A stretch of 62,588 nucleotides of DNA from Octopus bimaculoides. Lineage: Eukaryota. How positions within the stretch are numbered: the stretch's first letter is position 1; every line of letters starts with the position of its first letter. The translations under genes were made by a program, and so were the position numbers. Where the stretch lies: positions 69,544,525 through 69,607,112 of the forward strand of contig NC_068985.1 of NCBI RefSeq assembly GCF_001194135.2, given 5' to 3'. This document shows positions 53,113 to 62,588 of this stretch, piece by piece. The notes under the pieces are model-generated. The model ran no database searches. It was given only the letters and a program-made list of their open reading frames with translations, and was not told the DNA's origin.

Positions 53113-53299
53113 AAAATATCATCAGCAACAAATAGTGCATCAATGTCTCCATGTTATTTATCTGAATGCATACTTATATGTTTCAAAGAACCAGATAAAA
53201 CTTCTACACTGTAAATAATAAAAGCAATAATGTGGGGGAAATTACGGCAGTGTCATTGTTTTGATGACTGAAGGCAGGGTTTTGCTGCCAGTTTTAATT

Positions 53300-55000
53300 T
53301 TAAATTTATCGCATGTCATTTGTTTACTCTTCAGATATTCATAATTATCAGTGAATCTGCACAAATAACTGGGTACAATAACGACCACCAACTTGGAAAT
53401 GCTTTAACATTTCTTCTACACTACGAAACAGAAATTTTCTGAATTATCTTGATTAAAGACATAACTCGAAACACCGCACCACCGTATTCGGCCAAGTCCA
53501 AACAATTGAAACAAAAATCTAAGCAATAATTCGCCAAAGTCATATACTTGGAGATTTTAAAAGCCTTTTCTCATTGCCTAATTAAACTCTTCAGTACATA
53601 TCAGTGATTCGACATAACATATACGTCCAAAATATAAACATCAATCCTAACCTTCTTCTCCTGATAAAAAGCATTTGAACATATACGCTTTAATGGCAAC
53701 TATCAATAAGGAAAAATAATAAATATTGAAAAGTCGAGCAGGATTATACAGAACGCGTCACTACAACAGAATATGCAACACAAAAGATATAGCATGAAAC
53801 AGATGATATAAACAATATAAAATACTGCAAAACTGAACAGAATAAACGAAGGATCAAACAACTCCAAATCTGATACTACCAATCAGTACTAAACAGGAGA
53901 TTTATACAAAAAATATACTGACCACGTATATATAATATACGAAATTCATGAAATGTTTTGAGAGAAAGAAAATAAATTAAAGACATGCTGGCAACAAGCA
54001 AAACATGATACACTTTAAAATGGTGTGCAGTAGCAATATTTGCCGAAGAAATGAATGATATCAGCTAACATAGAATATAGCAAGTGCAACAGATTCCGAA
54101 GTATAAAATATTATTAGAATGAAGAAGATCGTAATTCGAAAAAGATTATTCAGCAGTAGATCAATTGAGAAAGGTGTATTTTAATAATCGCAATAGGAGT
54201 TCAAATATTTTCCCCGCACAAAACAAAGTTACCTAGAAATTAAACAGTTTCAGGAAAAAAAGAAAAGGATTGTAACATCACAAATTTTGGTTTCAAATTT
54301 GAGCACAAGCCCAACAATTTTTACCCCAGTGCTCAACTAGTATTTATTTTATTGACGACCCCGAAATGATAAATAGGAAAGTAGAGCACGGCGGCATTTG
54401 AGCCCAGAACGTAGAGACGGACGAAAAGTTTATACGAGTAGTTAAATAGAGACACAGTAGAAATATAGAATCGAGCCAAATGAGAAAGTAAAAAATCCAT
54501 ACACAAAAAAGAAAAAATTGTGTCATGTAATGCAAAAAGAAAGGGAAACCACGTCGAAATTATTTTGGAAACCATGAAAAGTGAGAATAATATTCTTGAT
54601 TAAATAGATCCATGATTTACATAGCAATAAAACCAACTTCTGTAGCAAAATAATATTCCAAGTGCAAAACCAACTGACGGAAGGGTAAAGAAACCTACTG
54701 CTTAAGACAAAGAGGAAGGTGATACACAGTTACAGACCAAACTATGCCTTTGTAACATGACCCTAAAATCGCCTCAAAGATATATCAAAACTCTAGAGAG
54801 ATATAACTTTAAATTTTCAACTCTCACCTAAAAGACAAATGTCGTCTGAAAAGATTCGTATGATTGTAACGCTGAACAACTGGTGACCAAAGCAATTTGT
54901 TAATAATAAGAAAAACCCATAAGTTAAAATTTGTTGAGACATGTTAGGAATGCGAATCACAGTTCGTTGTGTTCGATTTGTCATTGAAGTTAAACTGATA
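53300..55000 (+). mobile_element. Old R4/Dong-like LINE fragment (N-terminal region to RT start), interrupted by a SINE
   Basis: Frameshifted motifs VTTTEYATQK, LTEG..LLLKTK...SYRP (about 54675-54740) and KDSYDCNAEQLVTKAI (about 54850-54900), cf. KDSYGCKEQLLINKAI. Confidence 0.5.
54301..54427 (-). mobile_element. SINE-A internal copy
   Basis: accccagtgctcaactagtatttattttattgacgaccccgaaatg...ggcggcatttgagcccagaacgtagagacggacgaaa. Confidence 0.75.
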
Positions 55001-55086
55001 AATATTTACCAGTGATTCTTGGATTCTTGAAAAGTAGCATGTAAAATTTAGGGTATTAAATCAGAAGGAAGATACCCACACCAAGG

Positions 55087-55122
55087 GGTACTTATTTTAT
55101 TGACCTCGAAAGGATAAAAGGC
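55087..55122 (-). mobile_element. SINE-A central-domain fragment
   Basis: ggtacttattttattgacctcgaaaggataaaaggc. Confidence 0.6.
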
Positions 55123-55264
55123 GGAACTGGAACACAGTACATAAAGTCGGAAGAAATGTCAGTGGACATATTTGCAGTTGGACTGATGATTCTGTCAGGT
55201 CGCCGCTTTCATAACAACAACTACAGCAATAAAAATAATAATCGTCCATTGTATTAGATATGTA

Positions 55265-55770
55265 CAAAGTCTGAAATATTAGGAGAGCGGTTAAGTCAAG
55301 TACATTGACCTCAGTACTCAATTCATCGACCTCGAAATGATGAAAGGGAAAGTTGACCTCGGCAGAATTTGAACTCAGAATGTAAAGACGAACAAAATGC
55401 CGCTAAGCATTTTGCCCGGCATGCTGAACTTTCTGCCAGCTCGCCGCCTTAACAACAATAGTAATCTTTTCTACTATAGGCATCAAGCCTGAAATTTGGA
55501 AGAGGGAGATAGTCGATTACATCAACCACAGTGTTCAGGATGAAAGGCAAAGTCGAGCTCGGCAGAATTTGAGCTCACAATGTAAGGACAGACTAAATGC
55601 GGCCAGAAATTTCAGAGAAGGGGTCTAATGGAATACATCGACCCCAGGACTTGACTATTATTTCATAGAGTAATTTTGAGAACCTGAGTTTAGTCGATGC
55701 TATCGAATCCAAGTACTTCATTGTTAGTTATTTTATCGACCCAGAAAAGATGAATGGGAGTGTTGACTCT
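55265..55770 (-). mobile_element. Head-to-tail cluster of about four SINE-A copies and fragments
   Basis: Copies at about 55265-55450 (intact head; B-box reads GAGTTCAAATTC on the minus strand), 55466-55604, 55605-55670 and 55680-55770; the first two are joined by an AAC/AAT-like linker. Confidence 0.85.
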
Positions 55771-56339
55771 AATCGTCTGATATGAAGTTGTATACTTACT
55801 TAATTCTTCCCGTATGAAGGGAATTCAATTGATTCTTGTATATTTATATAGCAGAAGTGACAGGCTAAATTTGGCCTTAGAAATTCATATAGGCAAATTA
55901 CATTAGAATAGATGAGATAAAAGCTAAATCACATAATTGTTGCTTAAATAATTCCATAATTCCTTCAATCAATTACTTATACAAGGAACGATGAACGATT
56001 TATTCGATCTATCAAATTCAATGTTACGGCAAGATTTTTCAGGAAAGGTCGATTGGGTAATGCTGGAGATGTTGCAGTTGAAACTCAGTATTAATGTATA
56101 TTGCAAATAGAAATGATGTAATAACTGGATGCTTGTAGAGATTCTGTGCTGTATACATGTTCGGATACATATAAATAAGCTAGCAAATCTATCATCGACA
56201 ACTAACGAAATGTATTTGGCCAGAAATGGTAGACGTTTTCTCTGCTGCAAATATTTATTTCGTGTTGCGGAATGTTTGTCCAATATATGACCTTATCGGA
56301 TAAACAATCTGATCACATTTATCTAAGAATATACTGCTG

Positions 56340-56679
56340 CTGCAAATTCTGCAGTCGTTGCTGAGGAAGCTCCTATTGATATTGATGATGATAATGACTA
56401 TGATGTTATGGATGATAGCAACTACGACAATGATGACAAAGACGAGGATGACAACAACGAGGAGGAAAAGAGGGCGATGCTGTGGGAGGAGTGGGAAGGG
56501 AGAGGAAGAGGAAAGCAGGATGTTGATGTTGATGACAAGCAGAAGGATGTAGATGCGATGTGTTGGTGAAGAAAATGATACCCATGAAAATGTAGGAAGA
56601 AACAGGTGGATTGAAGAGAAAAATGTAGATATCATGTCAGCGCAACGTAGATGACGATGAACATGACGATAAACGTCAC

Positions 56680-56717
<38 letters not shown>

Positions 56718-56738
56718 GGAGGAGGAGGAGGAGGAGGA
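56340..56738. repeat. Degenerate compound trinucleotide tract ending in (GAT)n(GAG)n at a gap
   Basis: Read directly. Confidence 0.88.
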
Positions 56739-57894
56739 NNNNNNNNNNNNNNNNNNNNNNNNNNNNNNNNNNNNNNNNNNNNNNNNNNNNNNNNNNNNNN
56801 NNNNNNNNNNNNNNNNNNNNNNNNNNNNNNNNNNNNNNNNNNNNNNNNNNNNNNNNNNNNNNNNNNNNNNNNNNNNNNNNNNNNNNNNNNNNNNNNNNNN
56901 NNNNNNNNNNNNNNNNNNNNNNNNNNNNNNNNNNNNNNNNNNNNNNNNNNNNNNNNNNNNNNNNNNNNNNNNNNNNNNNNNNNNNNNNNNNNNNNNNNNN
57001 NNNNNNNNNNNNNNNNNNNNNNNNNNNNNNNNNNNNNNNNNNNNNNNNNNNNNNNNNNNNNNNNNNNNNNNNNNNNNNNNNNNNNNNNNNNNNNNNNNNN
57101 NNNNNNNNNNNNNNNNNNNNNNNNNNNNNNGAGAAAGAGTGCAGTGTGATAATGAAGTGGAGAAAGGAAGATAAACAGTATTTTTCTCGTTTCAGCTTGA
57201 TTCTAAAATTAACATTTAAATAAGTATGAATTTGTTGTCCATGATCTTACAATCATCTTATTCCATTCAACTAAAATTCGAATGTTCCACATTTATTATT
57301 ATCACTAACCATCACATTTAACATTTAAGTCTTATTCACTTAGCATAAAAATATTCAGAATTATAGTTATTGAAATCTATCCAACCACAAGTGGATTTAC
57401 ACCTAATTTCATCTAATTTCTGCCACATTATTTCCGTATCCAGTCATGCATAGAAACGAATCTACTCTATCTTCACACTAAGGTTCTGTCATTATCCTCA
57501 TTTTCAACCAATGGAAATGTGCCCCTTTCACTCGGAATATAATATACAACGTTTGTCCAGGCAGCAATATTATTGGAAAATTATTCAATAATCTATGACC
57601 TTGTATTCAACTAATTATTTCTGGAAGAGCTTTTATTACTAGTGCCTATCCTAGCGAATGGCCAAACACAACTAGGGCGTAGACATTAATTATAGCAGAT
57701 TATTATTAATTAAATTAAAATTTAAATCATTTGTAAATCAAAAGCTTATCCATTATACGTAACTATTCACAAACTCATTTTCTAAAGGATTTTCTTTTTT
57801 ATATTTCCTTTCCTGCAGGGTGTTGCGTAGTGACTGGTGTACATAATACGATTAGATATTTGAATATTTCAATACAAGCTTATTCAGTATCTGT

Positions 57895-57895
57895 A

Positions 57896-57972
<77 letters not shown>

Positions 57973-58048
57973 GCATCATCAGCATCATCATCAGCATCAT
58001 CATTATCATCATCATCATTGTCGTCGTCGTCATCATCCACATCATCAT
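57895..58048. repeat. (CAT)n-(CAG)n-(CAT)n compound microsatellite
   Basis: Read directly. Confidence 0.95.
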
Positions 58049-59069
58049 CAAGAGATAACATATCTTTTTCTACAACTTTCTGCCTTAGGGCTATGGCGAG
58101 ATGGTGACGCATCAGATAGTTGGAAACATAGATATTCCGATATTCCCATGTTGTCATAGCAAGTATTTGTACATTACCGAATCAATACGATTATCATTGA
58201 CTGTGTAGTTATCAACAAGCATCTACATAATCGCGCAACCCCACATGGACACCTATGGTTGATCGAGCTTCTTATAGCTGGTAAATACGTCAAAAATCAA
58301 AATTTAGCTTTGTAAACCAAAGACGACAAATGAAGGATAAAGGCAATGATTAGATCGATACCAGTCGTTATACATCAGGTTGATCAGGGCTGATTTAAGG
58401 TTAAACAATAACAATATTATCAATATATTCTCTACTTTCTGTTTAATATCCGCGTGAAAATAGAGTATATTCGTTGCCGCACATGATTGAAAGGAGAAAT
58501 AACGTGTCAAATTCAATGCAATTAGGTATAAATTCATCAGTAGTTAGAAGCTTTCAACAGCTATAGTTGTGAATATTTTCCGAGGGATCGGTCATGCAAG
58601 ATATAACCATTGAAATTTTAACATGTTATCTATGAATCCTACCAGCTTGAGAAGTGAATTCAAAACCTCTCGATTCTCCATTTCCGACAAGGTCTGAAAC
58701 AGAGGCAGATAAATACAATCGAGAGAGAATGGTGCGTTTTTCATCTTGTGATTGTTATTTACTTTTTCAACATTTCATCAAAGTTAACATCGTTCAACTA
58801 GCAATCAATGGCTATTTCATTTATGCTCTATCTTCTGCATATTTTCCACGTTAGATGTCTCTCTAAATTCCATGCAATATGTATGTTGCTTCATATATGT
58901 ATTATGGCCTGCGGTTGTAACAAAATATACCATCTCTCTTCGTAACCAACATGGCTGTAGGCAATTATATTCTTAGAAACGATGCAACCGTTTTCCCTGT
59001 CGTTGGAGCTAATAGAACAAAACATCCATCAAATCCCTCCCGAATTTTAATAAGTGCTCGTTCGAAATT

Positions 59070-59274
59070 GGTTCTAGGTAAATTCCACCGTGGTAAATTC
59101 CACCAGGTAAATTCCCACCATACGCAATTTTCACCACGGTATATTCCACCATGGTAAATTTCACACATGGACAAACTTCCAATATAAGCTACTCCCACTG
59201 ATAATCACTATGGTCAGTTTCTCTAGACCGTAGTTCAATACCGATGTTATTTAATCTATCTGTCTCTCAAGTCC

Positions 59275-59334
<60 letters not shown>

Positions 59335-59608
59335 GAGAGAGTCTGAAGGAGATATACAAAATAATTTTAAAATTCTACTTGAATTCAGATGGGATCACTT
59401 TAATGTTCTCCCATCGAACAAGAATCTATGAAAAAGATTCATCACAAAATTTCAAAAATAACATAATTTGGGAAAAAGAAAGAAAAGATTAAATTTTAGC
59501 ACACACCGTATTTACCGTGTATTATTTTTTATGCATTCTTTTTTATTTCCATAATATCGTTACCCAGATATTACAACAACAACAACAAAAATAGTAATGT
59601 TGATGATA

Positions 59609-59640
<32 letters not shown>

Positions 59641-59765
59641 AATCATTTCATCTATGGTGGAATTTACCATGGTGGAATATACCTTGGTGGAATTTAGCTA
59701 TGGTGAAATTCACCTGGTGGGATTTTCCGTGGTGGAATTTACCGTGATGGCATTTACCGGTCGCC
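59070..59765. mobile_element. Foldback/MITE-like element: inverted arms of 15-bp tandem units (GGTAAATTCCACCAT) around a microsatellite-containing spacer
   Basis: Left arm 59077-59168 has six units; right arm 59654-59758 has seven reverse-complement units; no coding capacity; no TSD identified. Confidence 0.7.
59275..59340. repeat. (GA)n microsatellite within the foldback spacer
   Basis: Read directly. Confidence 0.96.
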
Positions 59766-60289
59766 TCTCTGAATACACGACACCTGGTAGTCCCACCTTA
59801 AAAGGTTTTCAGAAAATCTACTGGTTGGATTCGATGTGACAAGAGCAACGAATCAGGTTACTTTATATCAATTCTAACTGCATCTAATTGGTGGTTTAGG
59901 CAAATGATTTATATAAATGAAATATTTCCTAAGGTTACCATAATTTTGATTACTCTAGTACATAAATGCGTATACAAAACAATTGAATACTCTCCAGATG
60001 CTAGGCAATAGGTATAATATGAAACGACACATGTTTGGGTAAGAAATATGCTGACAACAGTTCTTCTGGTCTTCGACATATATATGCGTTTGCCGATGAA
60101 ACAATTCACATCTGGGAGAATGATTTTCGTACTTGCAAATAAAACGTTAGTATGGGAGGGAGATTTCTACAATCTAATCATGAACATTTTATTGTTTTGT
60201 GTAGTAATTTTTTTCAAATTGTTTTACCCTTCTGTGAGAGTCGCTAGAAATTGGTGCTAGGTTTCATTTTTTTTCGGTGTTAGAACGCA

Positions 60290-61010
60290 ATTGTGCATTT
60301 GGCATACCAAGGGATCCACGCTCAGCGTGATTCCAAGTACATCTGTGCTTTACAGCAGCACTTTGCTCAACTGTTGAGAGTGTGTTATAGCAGGATGGAT
60401 TACAGTGCTTCTCACGACGTTTGCCGTGATGATCTGCAGTTTCATCGGCACTATAAGAAAGGAAGCTGCATCTGGTTGCACAGGAAGCAAATTGCCTCGT
60501 TTGAATGATCTTCTCTTCAAACGTTACTATAATATGTCAGAGTTGTTCATTGATCTCTTATCAGGAGACTTCTGCTTCTGTTATTAGAATGCGAGGCGTT
60601 TCAGTCTTGTCAGATGAAAGGAAGTGACAATGCTCAGAACGGTACATAGATACTTTACAGTCTATGTCTCTGCAAACTATAAAATACAAGTTTTTCTCTC
60701 ATACCTTAGAAAAGCGAAGGCCGCTTGTTCTTGATGGCCTAATTGGTTTGTGGTAAATATGTGTCATCTCAATGATGTCAATCCACAACGAGCTTCATCT
60801 CATGCGATAGTATGGATAATGCACTATGAGAGGGACCCTGCTCGACTTACATCTATCAAAATCTTTGGTGAGAGCTGTCCAACGGTTCTTGCCGATTCCT
60901 CGCAATTCGGCCGATTTCAGCTCCTTTTTCAGAGCTAGATTGCTATTTACAAAAGTCTATATCTTTTAATATTTGGCGTAAAAAAATGAACGGTCTTCGA
61001 TTGTTGTCGG
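60290..61010 (+). mobile_element. Tx1-like LINE fragment F: linker and RT N-terminal half (decayed)
   Basis: ALQQHFAQLL, KEAASGCTGSKLPRLNDLLFKRYYNMSELFIDLL (cf. GKSPGLDGLPYELY..MPDLFG), IHNELHLMR, GTLLDLHLSKS, ADFSSFFR. Confidence 0.7.
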
Positions 61011-61149
61011 AAACATCTGCTACAACCAGGAGTTTTAAAAATTTGCTTATGCTAACACTCTAAACGCTTGTATTTGTAATGCAAAAATAACAGCCACAAA
61101 AAAAGAAAAGAAAGAAAAACAAGAAGAAGTCACATCAGCACAAGTGAAA

Positions 61150-61590
61150 TTAGGATCAGTAAGAACATAAACAATAAAACAACGATATGCAGAGCAGAGA
61201 ACAGAGCAGTGAAAATATCCTCATCAACACTAACCTATTATCGCTAATAACGTCAATATAGAGCGTCTGCTAAACAAGTTCCTGGCAGTTCCACTAACAC
61301 CTGTGGAATACAAGAGCCTCGCTAACGCAGCAAAAGTTTCCTTTGTTTGCAAGAAAAGTACATGATGTTGTAGATTCGTGGGAAGAGAATAACTGTATAG
61401 AATTAAAGTTCTGGCGCATAAATAAAGCTAAGCAAACACAGGACGAATGCTATCTGGAAAAAATCTTGCGCATCAAATTATACGACTCACAAAGGAAAAG
61501 GCTCATCAGATTTCGGGTAACAAATAACCCTGCTATGATGACACCAAACAATAAGGGTTATCTATCCATATCCAACGAAATTAACTGAAT
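61150..61590 (+). mobile_element. Possible Tx1-like ORF1 remnant
   Basis: CIELKFWRINKAK...YDSQRKRLIRFRVTNNP is weakly ORF1-like. Confidence 0.3.
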
Positions 61591-61796
61591 CTCTCCAAAG
61601 ACAAAGTGAATAAGCACTATAGCCTTGTTTCCTCCAACAACATTGCCTAACTCACGGTTAGAAGTATAGGTTAACGCACTTTCATTGTCATTTTGGAAAC
61701 GAGAATATTTGGAATGAGATTGGTACCACACGTCGTGTACACTGGCGCCCATCGTTCATAGCTACAAGGGGTACGCATTCTCTACCCGACCTGTAA

Positions 61797-61935
61797 CTAT
61801 CTATCTATCTATCCATCTATCTATCTATCTATCAATCTTTCTTTGTTTCTTTCGTTCCTTCTATCGATCAACCTATCTATCTACACATGCACACACACAC
61901 ACACCCACACACACATACACACACAAACATACACA
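61797..61935. repeat. (CTAT)n and (CA)n microsatellites
   Basis: Read directly. Confidence 0.92.
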
Positions 61936-62588
61936 TCAGCCAGCAGACATATGATCGTTGTGCATGCGCGTGTATAAATCATTTCACATATTTCCTTACA
62001 ATATTAAATTAATCTTATCACTTTATTTTCTTTTATTGCGGGAAAAATCAAGAAGAATATATTTAAACATTGTATAATTTGAATTAAACAGGAAATAACG
62101 ACAAATTTTGAGAAAGCAACAAATCGGTTTCTATTTCGGAATTTCCAAAGAGACTTTCCACAATCATGCAATGTAGTTTCGAGCCTGGTCGCTGTAGTGC
62201 ATAACAATATATTCGTTTTCGTGTTAGACAGCGTGGAAGTTAAAGATTACATTAATCCACTGCTATTTGTTGCATTAAACTGTTTATATGAGGAGCACAA
62301 TGACCAGAATAAAAATTCTGAATATTATTTCTGAAAGGAAATAAATCTCTCATTATTCTTTGGTGCATTTTAAGTTGTTTTCCAACTCCCAAGAACCAAT
62401 TACACGTCTTTCCGTGCTGGCAAGAAATTTCCGTGTCTACGATTCTTAGTAAAAATTTACCATTCTTAGATTTAAAAATAAATTTGAAATCTTCTTTTAT
62501 GTATCTATCTAAAAATATACGAACACACACCTAAATACATGCACGCACACACATACACACACACACATATACACACATGTATATATAT

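Noticed and set aside
57800-57840. Strong-looking splice acceptor tttcctttcctgcag
   Set aside because: No convincing donor or coding sequence follows.
57830-58159. Poly-His/poly-Gln ORF resembling a transcription-factor low-complexity region
   Set aside because: Explained entirely by a (CAT)n(CAG)n array; the flanks have no recognisable domain.
59077-59758. CRISPR-like or bacterial repeat interpretation of the 15-bp arrays
   Set aside because: Units are contiguous with no unique spacers, the arms are inverted, and the context is eukaryotic.
60595-60625. Minus-strand CTGACAA-gact-GAAACGCC hammerhead-like string
   Set aside because: Core positions are wrong, there are no stems, and it lies within Tx1 RT coding remnant.

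Overview
AT-rich eukaryotic genomic DNA from a gapped short-read scaffold. N-runs lie at about 14532-14641, 19767-19776, 23759-23768, 29331-29340, 30882-31097, 31671-31770, 32231-32677, 43547-44273, 44971-45258 and 56739-57130. The two SINE families and the very dense di-, tri- and tetranucleotide microsatellites resemble, from memory, an Octopus (coleoid cephalopod) genome; this is inference. I found no host protein-coding exon I can support, and nearly all ORF-track entries are microsatellite or chance ORFs. The window is a retroelement graveyard containing: (i) at least five clear and several faint fragments of an L1-clade Tx1-like LINE that together cover ORF1 (CCHC knuckle), AP endonuclease, RT and C-terminal Zn finger; (ii) three fragments of R4/Dong-like RLE LINEs, one young-looking and ending in (TAA)n; (iii) Penelope-like element (PLE) pieces (RT thumb, GIY-YIG) and a PLE LTR-like repeat carrying a complete minimal type I hammerhead ribozyme core (104-138, minus); (iv) about 13 fragments of one tRNA-derived SINE, all on the minus strand and mostly in or next to (ATT)n-type tracts, plus one copy of a second tRNA SINE; (v) a foldback/MITE-like element with inverted arms built from 15-bp tandem units (59070-59765). 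The most interesting signals are the hammerhead, the foldback element and repeated hints that several retroelement families target microsatellites. All protein-family assignments come from manual translation and motif recognition, not database searches, and element boundaries are approximate.
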